From Bacteroidales bacterium (lineage in GTDB: Bacteria > Bacteroidota > Bacteroidia > Bacteroidales > UBA3663): 64,000 bases of DNA. Positions 47,014-56,500 of the stretch are shown here, piece by piece. The notes under the pieces were generated by a model. The model was not told the origin of the DNA and did no database searches. It saw only the letters and a program-made list of their open reading frames with translations. Numbering within the stretch: position 1 is the stretch's first letter; the number at the start of each line of letters is the position of its first letter. The stretch covers positions 3,816-67,815 of the forward strand of contig SFEH01000005.1 of the NCBI GenBank assembly GCA_004557315.1. The letters are read 5' to 3'. The position numbers and the translations under genes were made by a program.

Positions 47014-48255
47014 TTAGAATTCTCGTTCGATTATCTCAAGACACATGCGGCTGTTGTGGTATGGGCATTTCCAGAACCCAGCCTTGTCGTCCTTGCGATT
47101 GATGTTGCGCTTGCTGTCGCGACTCCAGAACCACTCACCTCCTTCGTAGTCGATGAGGTTGTCCTTGATATATTGCCAGCATTTTACACCCTTGTCGAGT
47201 GCGTCGGTATCTCCGAAGTACTGGTAGAGATTGAGGAAACCGACCACAGCCTCGGCCTGAACCCACCAGTGACGGTCATCGTCGATGTGGCCTGTGTCGA
47301 GGTTTGCCTCATGAGTCATCGAGCCATCGGCATTAAGACCCTTCTCGCTTGCTTTGGCAACAAGCTTGACTATAGGCTCAACCTTTGCCAATACCTCCTT
47401 GTCACCAAGAACCAGAGCAGCCTCGTGCATCAGCCACGAACATTCGATGTCGTGACCATAGCTCTCTAACCAGCCTGCTCCTCGTTTCCAGTCCATGTCG
47501 AAGAAGAGGTCGAGGTGATGAGTCTCTGGATTGAGTATCTTGTCGGTGAAGATGTAGATGAGGTTGCGCAAAGCTTTCTCAACCTCTAAAGTCACTTCCT
47601 TGTATTCGTCCTTGTACTTGTCGCAACTAGCCACGCTCTGCAATACACGATAGAGATTGGTGTAAGGCTCAATGATGTGCAGGTGGGTGTTCTGCGACTT
47701 CGGATAGTTGGCATCGAAGTCAGACAGACGCATGTCGGCAATCTCGCCCCATTCACGGGTGCAAGCTTCGATATAGCCGTTGTTGGCATGATCGAACGAA
47801 TGTTGCTCGATGCAGTGGAACAGCTCGATCGACTTGTCGAGAGCCTCCTTGTCGTGGGTGGCGCGTGCATATTCAGACAATCCGTAGATGGCGAAGCCTA
47901 TTGCATAGAACTGCTTCTTGGTGTCGATAGGGTTGCCATCAGCATCCAGCTCCCAGAAGATTCCGCCATATTCCTTGTCGATGAAGTGCGATAGTAGATA
48001 GTCCTTGGCGTGAGTTGCAGCCTCAAGATACTCAGGACGTTGCAAGACACGGTAAGCAGCAGAGAAAGCCCAGAGGATTCGAGCATTGAGGATTCCTCCT
48101 TTGCTGGCATCTTTCACGAGAGTGCCATCGCCTCGCATCTGACCATAGAAGCCTCCACGTTCAGTGTCCTGCATCTTAAGCCAAAACGAGAGGATGTTGT
48201 TCTCAACAACATCCTTCATTTCGGTTTTTAATAAGTTGATAGGTGTATTGTTCAT
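47014..48255 (-). CDS. AGE-family epimerase, cellobiose 2-epimerase-like
   Basis: 413 aa (alpha/alpha)6-type repeat pattern, with RGGFYGQ, WAFSAAY, HLHIIEPYTNLY, WWVQAEAVVG, FWKCPYHNSR. Sits directly after the symporter, as in the known mannan pathway. Confidence 0.85.
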   Translation of the reverse strand: MNNTPINLLKTEMKDVVENNILSFWLKMQDTERGGFYGQMRGDGTLVKDASKGGILNARILWAFSAAYRVLQRPEYLEAATHAKDYLLSHFIDKEYGGIFWELDADGNPIDTKKQFYAIGFAIYGLSEYARATHDKEALDKSIELFHCIEQHSFDHANNGYIEACTREWGEIADMRLSDFDANYPKSQNTHLHIIEPYTNLYRVLQSVASCDKYKDEYKEVTLEVEKALRNLIYIFTDKILNPETHHLDLFFDMDWKRGAGWLESYGHDIECSWLMHEAALVLGDKEVLAKVEPIVKLVAKASEKGLNADGSMTHEANLDTGHIDDDRHWWVQAEAVVGFLNLYQYFGDTDALDKGVKCWQYIKDNLIDYEGGEWFWSRDSKRNINRKDDKAGFWKCPYHNSRMCLEIIEREF

Positions 48256-48257
48256 TA

Positions 48258-49601
48258 TTACTTTTTCAAAGGGAATTTATAAGCCAAGAATCCCATAAGG
48301 GCAGCAATGGCTGCTGGGAACAGAGAGAAGAGTGACCATACCATAGTCTTGACTGATTCTGGGTCGGTAATAGTTACAACTGTCTCGCCAGTGTTTGGGT
48401 CGGTGGTAGAGATGAGTCCAGCCATGCCAAGAAGGAGAGCGATGAGCGAACCAGAAATAGCGCTTCCGAACTTTTGTGCCATTGTTCCTGATGAGAAGAT
48501 CAAGCCGGTAGATGATGCACCATAGGTCTCAGTCGCATAGTCAGATACATCGGCATACATCGACCAAAGGAGTGGAGAGTAGAAACCTACTCCGATTGAT
48601 GTGATGATAGAGACTGCCACCATTACCCAAATGTAGGCAGGATCCATTGGGATGAAGAAATATGCCACCGAAGAGACAGTGCACAGAATAGCCGACCAGA
48701 TGAAAGCCCTGCGCTTTGAGCCTACCCAACGGGTGAAGGCTGGAGAGAGTCCACCAAAGATCATGCAGGTCACCTCGCCAAATGCCATGAAGACTGTGTA
48801 GTTGATGATGAGTGCACCAATGGTAACATCGCCTCCAAGGCAGTAGGTCATCATGTAGCCAGCAGCAGCATAGCGGAACCCGTTGAAGAAGTTGGTGCTG
48901 ATCGCCACCAGGGTCATATAGATCCACGGCTTGTTGGCGATGAGGTCGGAATACTGCTTGGTTGAGAATTTTTCGGCACGCTTAGGCTTGATGCGCTCCT
49001 TGGTGAGCAAGCCACATGCCAAAGTCATTACTGCGGCAACAACACCGAAGCCTGCACCAAGCACAGAATACTGGTGTGCCTCGGAACCTCCGACCCACTT
49101 CTGGAGATATGGGAAAGAGATCAAGGTCACGAAGCCCATAGCATAGGCACCGACCATGCGGTATGACGAGAACTGGTTTTTTTCGTCATCGTCTTCGGTC
49201 ATCACTCCGAGCAAAGAGCCGTAAGGCACATTGACCAAGGTATAGACCGCCATCATGAGCAGGTAGAAGGTATAAGCCCACACACGCTTACCGCCAGGAC
49301 CGAGTTCAGGTGTGAAGAGAAGACATGCGAAGATGATGCCGAATGGGATAGATCCCCAGATGAGCCACGGACGATAAGTGCCCCAGCGGCTCTGTGTTCG
49401 GTCGGCGATTGAACCCATCAGTGGGTCGGTGACCACATCGAACATGCGGGCGATGAGCATCAGGAGTCCGGCATCGGCAAATGATAGTCCGAACACGTTG
49501 GTGAAGAACAGAGGGAAGGCTGTTGACATGATTTTCCAAGTGATACCTCCCGAAGCTGCATCACCCAAGGCATAGCCGATTTTTTCTTTTAATGTTGCCA
49601 T
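48258..49601 (-). CDS. GPH family glycoside-pentoside-hexuronide:cation symporter
   Basis: MATLKEKIGYALGDAASGG N-terminus, DVVTDPLMGSIADRT motif, 12 TM segments. Confidence 0.9.
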   Translation of the reverse strand: MATLKEKIGYALGDAASGGITWKIMSTAFPLFFTNVFGLSFADAGLLMLIARMFDVVTDPLMGSIADRTQSRWGTYRPWLIWGSIPFGIIFACLLFTPELGPGGKRVWAYTFYLLMMAVYTLVNVPYGSLLGVMTEDDDEKNQFSSYRMVGAYAMGFVTLISFPYLQKWVGGSEAHQYSVLGAGFGVVAAVMTLACGLLTKERIKPKRAEKFSTKQYSDLIANKPWIYMTLVAISTNFFNGFRYAAAGYMMTYCLGGDVTIGALIINYTVFMAFGEVTCMIFGGLSPAFTRWVGSKRRAFIWSAILCTVSSVAYFFIPMDPAYIWVMVAVSIITSIGVGFYSPLLWSMYADVSDYATETYGASSTGLIFSSGTMAQKFGSAISGSLIALLLGMAGLISTTDPNTGETVVTITDPESVKTMVWSLFSLFPAAIAALMGFLAYKFPLKK

Positions 49602-49614
49602 AGTATTGGTTTTA

Positions 49615-49665
49615 ATTATTATATTTGCAGGTTTTAGATTTTAAAATCGCTGCAAATATAATAAT
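49615..49665. promoter_or_regulatory. Perfect 16-bp inverted repeat carrying mirrored TATATTTG boxes, between GH130 and symporter genes
   Basis: attattatatttgcag (49615-49630) and ctgcaaatataataat (49650-49665), separated by a 19-nt spacer. The minus-strand copy faces the symporter ATG at 49601. Confidence 0.6.
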
Positions 49666-49674
49666 TTTTTTTAT

Positions 49675-50895
49675 TTATCGGTTAAGAAAAGCAATATTTT
49701 TATCAATAAGTGCATTTCTGGTCTTAACTGAAGCACCAGTTGTGAGTCCGTCGCTTGGTGTATTCATGCAATAATCGACGAGTTGTCCGATGGTTGATGT
49801 TGCCACATGCATGCGGGTGTCGCTTGCTGCATAGTAGATAAACACCTTGTCGTCCATCGAGTGCATGTCAGCACCTGTGCCGCCTTCTGCAATCCAGCCG
49901 TTGGTGAACAATACGTTCATCACGTCGCCGATATATTCGCCTCCCTGTGGCACCATCAGTGCGCCGCCAGGAGTGGCAATCTCGCGCCAAGGCTCGTCGA
50001 GGGCAGTCATATACATATATAATACATAACGCAGACCGCTAGCGCAACCACGCACGCCATGAGCAAGGTGGAGCCAGCCCTTTGGTGTCTTGAAAGGATG
50101 AGGACCTTCGCCATTCTTCACTTCCTTGATGGTATGATAATAGCGCTGATCGATGATCTTCTCTTCGTTCACTACGGCATTGGTGATATCGTCAACGAGA
50201 GCCCAGCCGATGCCTCCGCCGCTGCCTGCGTCGATGAATCCGTCCTGTGGACGAGTATAGAGAGCATACTTGCCATCGACAAATTCAGGGTGGAGCACCA
50301 CATTGCGCTGCTGAGACTTGCTCTTGAGGTCAGGCAGACGCTCCCAGTTCACAAGATCCTTGGTGCGTGCAATGCCGCAGGTGGCAGTAGCTGCGCTGAG
50401 GTCTCCAGGGCGGCTGTCATCATGACGCTCTACGCAGAAGAGTCCGTAGATCCAGCCATCTTCATGCTGTGTCAGACGCATGTCATAGACGTTGGTGGCA
50501 GGAGCATCGAGTCCTGCAGCACATGTTCCTTCCGGTGCTTCAGGCATTGTGATAGGATGCTCCCAGAAACGGAAGTTATCGACACCATTTGGCGATTCGG
50601 CAACGGCAAAGAACGACTTGCGGTCGGCTCCCTCTACACGAACCACCAGCACATACTTGTCGCCCCACTTGATTGCTCCAGAGTTGAGAGTGGCATTGAC
50701 GCCTATTCTCTCCATGAAGTATGGATTGGTCTCTGGATTGAAGTCGTAGCGCCATGCCAATGGTACTGTCTCAGCTTCGATGATTGGGTTCTCCCAGCGT
50801 GTATATACGCCATTGCCCTCAATTGGGCTATTCTTTTTTGTTACAAATGCCTCATGTTGAGCTTCAACAAAGGCTTTTCTTTCTTCGAATGTCAT
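49675..50895 (-). CDS. GH130 phosphorylase, 4-O-beta-D-mannosyl-D-glucose phosphorylase-like
   Basis: MTFEERKAFVEAQHEAFV..., NSGAIKWGDKYVLVVRVEGADRKSFFAVAES, GWLHLAHGVR, FIYYAASDTRMHVA. ATG at 50895; the track ORF is over-extended. Confidence 0.88.
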   Translation of the reverse strand: MTFEERKAFVEAQHEAFVTKKNSPIEGNGVYTRWENPIIEAETVPLAWRYDFNPETNPYFMERIGVNATLNSGAIKWGDKYVLVVRVEGADRKSFFAVAESPNGVDNFRFWEHPITMPEAPEGTCAAGLDAPATNVYDMRLTQHEDGWIYGLFCVERHDDSRPGDLSAATATCGIARTKDLVNWERLPDLKSKSQQRNVVLHPEFVDGKYALYTRPQDGFIDAGSGGGIGWALVDDITNAVVNEEKIIDQRYYHTIKEVKNGEGPHPFKTPKGWLHLAHGVRGCASGLRYVLYMYMTALDEPWREIATPGGALMVPQGGEYIGDVMNVLFTNGWIAEGGTGADMHSMDDKVFIYYAASDTRMHVATSTIGQLVDYCMNTPSDGLTTGASVKTRNALIDKNIAFLNR

Positions 50896-50902
50896 TTTTT
50901 TA

Positions 50903-52036
50903 TTATTTAATGTCCTTGATGTCGTTGAGGAATAATGTGTTAGGTAACTCGTAGAACTTCTTGAAGTCTTCGGCTGTAGGAGTCTCCTTCGAAGGGCCGA
51001 AGTGCTCCTTTGGATAGTTGCGCCAAGGGAGGCAATAGCAGATAGGGAAGTCCTTGACCGAAGCATCGAAGATGCGTGTCCACCAGTCAGGGATTACGGA
51101 GTTGGTCTTGCCACATTCTGTCACGGCTACAAGGATGTTGCGCTCCTTGGCATAGTCGCACATCATGGTGAGCAAACGGTCGAGCTGTGCCATGTAATCC
51201 TCGTCCGAGCCATACTGATAAGCATCGGTGCCAAGAAGCTGCACGCGGTCATCGCCTGGCCAACGCTCAAGGAAATGCTCAAGCGAACGAGGTCCTGGGG
51301 AATAGCTCCACACGAGCTGTCCTTCAAGACGCTCATCCATATAGTCCTGTGTCATGTTCCACAATGCCTTGTATTCTTCAGCCGAGCAGTTTGCCTCGCC
51401 CCACCAGAACCAGTTGCCTGTATTCTCGTGCCAAGGACGGAAGATCACCGGCACGACCTCACCATCGGAAGTCTTGAGTGAGCCAATGAACTCTGTCACC
51501 TTATCGAGCCAGCCGATGAATTTCTCGTGCACCTCGCCTCCTTCGAGGGTTGCTGCTACGGTGTGCTTTGGGTCGATGAGCTCGTCAGCGCTCTTGCCAT
51601 CGGCAAGTGCTTGCTCATATTCCTTTATGTCTTCGTCAATCCATGCTGTCTTGCCGTTCAGCGGGTTGCGCAGATGCCATGAGATAGTGATGATGCCACC
51701 ACGCTCATGATGTGCGATGATTTCCTCGCGCATAAGGTTGAATGGCACAGAGTCGAGATTCTTCAGGTCGCCCATTTCTATACCGCCGATGTCAAAACCC
51801 ATAACGGCAGGATAGTCGCCAACAAGTTCCTTGGTGTCCGAACGACCGTCCTCATATTCCCAGGTGAGTCCATAGAATGGGTCATCCTGGTGTCCGAACA
51901 TGTAGCCCTTCTGGCTGATTTTAGAAAGACGTGAACAGAGAGCATCAGCAGGTGTTGTTTCTGTTACTGGTTGTTGTGGCTTGCACGCAATCAATGCGAT
52001 GGCAAGAATTGCAGATAGAAAAATAGTCTTTTTCAT
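50903..52036 (-). CDS. GH26 endo-beta-1,4-mannanase (lipoprotein)
   Basis: MKKTIFLSAILAIALIAC lipobox. GYMFGHQDDPFYG, ISWHLRNP, FRPWHENTGNWFWWG, WSYSPG. Confidence 0.9.
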   Translation of the reverse strand: MKKTIFLSAILAIALIACKPQQPVTETTPADALCSRLSKISQKGYMFGHQDDPFYGLTWEYEDGRSDTKELVGDYPAVMGFDIGGIEMGDLKNLDSVPFNLMREEIIAHHERGGIITISWHLRNPLNGKTAWIDEDIKEYEQALADGKSADELIDPKHTVAATLEGGEVHEKFIGWLDKVTEFIGSLKTSDGEVVPVIFRPWHENTGNWFWWGEANCSAEEYKALWNMTQDYMDERLEGQLVWSYSPGPRSLEHFLERWPGDDRVQLLGTDAYQYGSDEDYMAQLDRLLTMMCDYAKERNILVAVTECGKTNSVIPDWWTRIFDASVKDFPICYCLPWRNYPKEHFGPSKETPTAEDFKKFYELPNTLFLNDIKDIK

Positions 52037-52076
52037 TTTGATAAGTTGTTTGTTCACAATATTAATTTTCACGGTG

Positions 52077-52084
52077 CAAAGTTA
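52077..52084 (-). promoter_or_regulatory. -7 box TAACTTTG (minus strand), likely promoter of the mannan operon
   Basis: Reverse complement of caaagtta. Lies 41 nt upstream of the GH26 ATG at 52036. Confidence 0.55.
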
Positions 52085-52251
52085 TACATAATATAAAATA
52101 CATAAAAATACTATTTTATCATTATGTAATCTTTTTTTGTCTATTGGTGCAAAATTAAGTATTTTTCTACAATTATTGCCCGATTTTGGAAATAATTCCA
52201 CCAATTCATCAGAAATATTTTACGTTTGTTGGGGATTTGAAATTTATTGCC

Positions 52252-52259
52252 TATATTTG
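52252..52259 (+). promoter_or_regulatory. -7 box TATATTTG for the lipoprotein gene
   Basis: TAnnTTTG match 80 nt upstream of the ATG at 52339. Confidence 0.45.
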
Positions 52260-52338
52260 CAGCAGAATCATTCGGTGTCCATAATAGGATCACTTATTTT
52301 ATCAACAAGGCTATAAACCATTTTTTTAATATTATATA

Positions 52339-53553
52339 ATGTGTAAGTTCATTCAATCGTTCAAGTCGTTACCATCAGTGGTATCCTTGATCACAGGTTT
52401 GAGTCTGACTGGATGCTATCAGGAAGCTCCAGTGGAAGACGTCGTTTCGGGCAGTGGCACAAAGCTCAATGTCATCACGCGCAGCGCCACGAGCAATGCT
52501 GTCATCTATCCGCTTTCTATCTATGCTTTCGGGGCTGATGGGTCGTGCAAAGCCCAGCAAGTCATTGAGGATGAGAGTGAGTCGGTGAGTCTGAAACTCG
52601 GCAAGGGCAATTATCGCATCACGGCAATATCGGGCTTCGGAGACTTCGTCTTTCCCCAGACCCCCAAAAAGAATGCCCTGATAACTACTAACGTGGGAAA
52701 CTATTCCGTCACGCCCCTCTCTGTCGGTCAAGCCGATGTCGCGCTCTCTGGTTCTTCGTCCGTCACCGTTCAGATGTCGCTTCAGGTGGCAAGTGTCGAG
52801 TTTGCACTCCATGGCCTGCCCGATGATGTGACCGAAGTCTCGGTGACGATTGCCGATGTGTACAGTGCCATCACGTTCGGTGGCGAATGTCAGTCTCCCG
52901 AGCCGGCTGTGTTGGAATGTAGTAAGGTCGGTGGCGTGTGGACCACCGGCAAGGTCTATCTCTTGCCCCTATCTTCTTCGTCAATGGTGGTCTCAATCAT
53001 TGTGGCCGATGATACAGGAAGCAATACCTACGGCTATACCTATAACACACCTGTCAGGGCTGGCGTGCCTTATCAGCTCAACGGTACTTTCTCTGCGGGC
53101 ATTGTCTTGAATGGCACGGTTGAAGCCATCGGATGGGATGAGGATGTGGTGCTCGACTTTGATTTTGGCACGAATGTGAGCGATAGCGGAGGGGATGAAG
53201 GTGAAGAACCCTCTGCATCGGAGGAGGTCACTGTTGCCGAAATTCCTGAAGCATGTTCGCTGTGGCAAGGTCATGTAGTGGCTATGGTCGGCAATGTCAC
53301 ATCGTCCGAAGCCGATCTGCTGCTCTTGGCTTTGCCTGAAGAGGTCAATGTGATGTCGAAGGTGTCGGACGAACCTGATGCTGCTGCTCAAATAGCACAG
53401 GCATATTCAGAATATGGGCTGACGGGATGGCGTATTCCTACTAAAGAAGAGGCAACGGCATTGCGAAACTGCTATTATGGCGACAAAGTATCGAAGACGC
53501 GCTCTACACCTATTCGTTTGCAACGTCGAGTGATGGCGATGCGTTGCAAATAA
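52339..53553 (+). CDS. Surface lipoprotein with fimbrillin-like beta-sandwich repeats, acidic linker and GWRIPTKEE (DUF1566/FISUMP-like) C-terminal module; 3' end probably frameshifted
   Basis: Lipobox SLTGC. GDEGEEPSASEE linker. GWRIPTKEEATALRN. An alternative frame continues as ...IEDALYTYSFATSSDGDALQITKAGATVKYRLRLVKTIHVKKQ to 53621. Confidence 0.7.
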   Translation: MCKFIQSFKSLPSVVSLITGLSLTGCYQEAPVEDVVSGSGTKLNVITRSATSNAVIYPLSIYAFGADGSCKAQQVIEDESESVSLKLGKGNYRITAISGFGDFVFPQTPKKNALITTNVGNYSVTPLSVGQADVALSGSSSVTVQMSLQVASVEFALHGLPDDVTEVSVTIADVYSAITFGGECQSPEPAVLECSKVGGVWTTGKVYLLPLSSSSMVVSIIVADDTGSNTYGYTYNTPVRAGVPYQLNGTFSAGIVLNGTVEAIGWDEDVVLDFDFGTNVSDSGGDEGEEPSASEEVTVAEIPEACSLWQGHVVAMVGNVTSSEADLLLLALPEEVNVMSKVSDEPDAAAQIAQAYSEYGLTGWRIPTKEEATALRNCYYGDKVSKTRSTPIRLQRRVMAMRCK

Positions 53554-53598
53554 CAAAGGCGGGTGCAACGGTAAAGTACCGGCTCCGCCTTGTTAAGA

Positions 53599-56500
53599 CT
53601 ATTCACGTGAAAAAGCAGTAGCGTGCCCACCTTGCAAGATCACGCCCTCGCGATGTGCGCCATCGACCTTAATGGTCATTGGCTGTGGCAGGTGAACGTG
53701 ACGTAGGTGTTCGGTCTCTTCGACAGCATGAAGGGTGTCGAGGATGTCTTCGCGATAGACGCCATCGTTGCGGAAGGCATTGATGGTGAAATAGCAGACT
53801 CCTAGACTCGTGAGATTCTGGAAGAAGTGCGTGCCCTGGCTTGGATCTACCTGAAAGTTCTTGAGTCCTGCCTCTACGATGACACGTGCCGCCGATATAT
53901 GTGGCCACTTGACAGGAATACCTAGCCAGGGGTCGCTGCTTCCCCAGCGTCCAGGACCGATGAGCAGATACTTCTTGTCGTGCTCAAGGAACTTGCGGTT
54001 CATCCTGTCGCACTCTTCTGCAATGACAGGATTGAAGCTTGGCGAATAACTGTTGTCGAGAGTCTTGACATAGACGATATCCGAGATGTCGGATATGATG
54101 CCGTGGCCAATGGCGCTATGTGAGCGGAGCAGGCAATCTTCGTCGGGCACTTCTGCAAGGTTCTCATCGAGCATCATGCGATTATCCACCATCGGACGTA
54201 TCTGCAGCAGATAGAACTCGCCCGTACGGTCATCGTGAAGATTGACGGCAAACTCTATCTCTACTGGGCGTTGCATCTCTTTCTCTCCGTAAGCCAATAC
54301 CTTCTGCATGAGTTCTGGCAGAGGAAAGACACCATTCTGCAATACACCAGCAAAGGAGATGATCTTGCGGTTGCGTCCTTCGTAATAGCCGTCGCGGATG
54401 ATCTGGTCTTCCGGATCGTAGGTCGAGCAGATGTATTTCAGCGTTCCGTCGCCATCGGCTTTCCTCACTGGTACCTTGACAAGGTCGAAGCCATCGTCAA
54501 CGCAGAACTTGTGAGGATCGGTCGATTTGAGGTCGAGGGCAAGGAAGGCCGTCTGTGTGTCGCGCAAAGCAGTCTCCATTTCGCTCATCTGCAGCACCTT
54601 GTCGGGATGATATGGATTGACACGCAGGCTCTGTCCACCATCGACGATGTATTTGCCAAGACCCATTGCCAACGACACCGTTCCTTCTTCCGCCTTCTCG
54701 TCACCGATAGGATAGTAGTTGACACTTCGTGCCACACCCGAGATCACAGGATAGAATCGGTCGCCGTGAGCCTCTCCCACAACCTCCTGCAGGATGACAG
54801 CCATCTTCTCCTGGTCAATCACATTGCTTGTGGCTGTCATGTAGTCCTTCGAGCTCTGGTAATAGACACTCGCATATACAGCCTTGACAGCATAGGCAAG
54901 CAGCTCGATGCGCTTGTACTTGTCGGTGACGTAAGGTATCATATAGGTCGAATAGACTCCGGCAAACGGCTGATAGTGTGAGTCTTCGAGCAAAGAAGAA
55001 CTGCGCACTGCAAGCGGACCGTTCACGACCTCCATGAAGGCTTCAAGATCGACTAGTAGTCGCTGTGGCAGATGGGCATGAAGGAAGGCTTCGAGTATCT
55101 CTTCGTCCGTGCGGTTGCTCAAAGCGATAGGATAGAGCTGGTTGGTGTCCATAAACTCGTCGAAGATGTCGGTACACAGCACCACCGTTTTCGGGATCAT
55201 GGTCGGTGCAGGGAGGTCTTCGTGTCGGGTGAGCATTCGGTCGATGAAGGCAAGGCCACGTCCTTTGCCTCCCAACGATCCGTCGCCGATGCGGGCGAAG
55301 TTGCTGTATTGGTCGAAGCGTTCGCGCTGGAACACAGCCACTACGCCGTGGTTCTTCATCTTTCGGTATGCCACAATGGCATCGAAGGTGATCTGGCGAT
55401 GGGCATCGACGTCCTGGAGCGAGTCCCAAGTGATGTGCTTCAGGAACTGTGAGATTGGGAACAAGGCGCGTGAGCCTAACCAGCGTGAGATGTTGTTGTG
55501 GGTGATGTGGTTGAGCAACGACTCGCGAGGCAGCGTGAAGATGTTGTTCTGCAGCTCCTTGAGGTTGTGGATGCGGGCAATTTCCTCGCCAGTATCAGGG
55601 TCGGTGAATACGAAGTCGCCAAAGCCGAAATACTGTCGCACCATGTCGCGCAGATCCACATCCATCTTCTTCGAGTTCTTGTCGATGAAGTGGTAGCCGC
55701 AGCTCTCGGCACGTTCGGCATTCTCGGTCTCGGCACTGTCCATGATGAGCGGAATGTATGGGTCGTTGTCGCGGATGGCACCAAGGAGCTTGAAGCCGGC
55801 AAGCTGGTCTTTCTCCTCTTCCGTAGGGCGAGCACCCTTGATAGGAGTCATTGGAAAACGGCAGTCGCTGATCACGCCGAGCGTGTTCTCGCTGTAGCGG
55901 CTATACAGGCTCCATGCTTCTTCGTAGTTGCGGGCAAGCACGATCTTCGGGCGGCCACGCATGCGGAGTGTCTCAAGGGTGGCATTGAGCGCCTCGGTCG
56001 CAAATTCGAGACTCTGCTGGAGCACGAACTTATAGAGGTTGGGCAGAATGGAGCTGTAGAAGCGGATATTGTCCTCCACCAAGAGAATCATCTGCACGCC
56101 TGCTTCCACGTCATGCTCAAGGTTCATCTTGTCCTCGACCAGCTTGATGATGGTCAGGAGCAAGTCGGTATTGCCGAGCCAGCAGAACACATATTCAAAG
56201 ATTGAGAGGTCAGTGTCCTGCATTCGGGTCCTGATACCGTGGCTGAAAGGCGTGAGCACCACGATTGGAATGTTCTCGTGGCGTTCTTTCAGTGTGCGGG
56301 CAATGTCAAATACGTCGTTGTTGTCGGTTCCTGGCATACAGATGATGAGGTCGATACCTATTTCTGACATCGACTTCTCGGCCATCTCAAGCGAAGAGAC
56401 CTGGATGAAGCGTGGAGGGAAGCGGAGTCCCAGGCGGGCATATTCAAAGAAGATCTTCTCATCGACACGTCCATCGTCTTCGAGCATGAAGGCATCGTAG

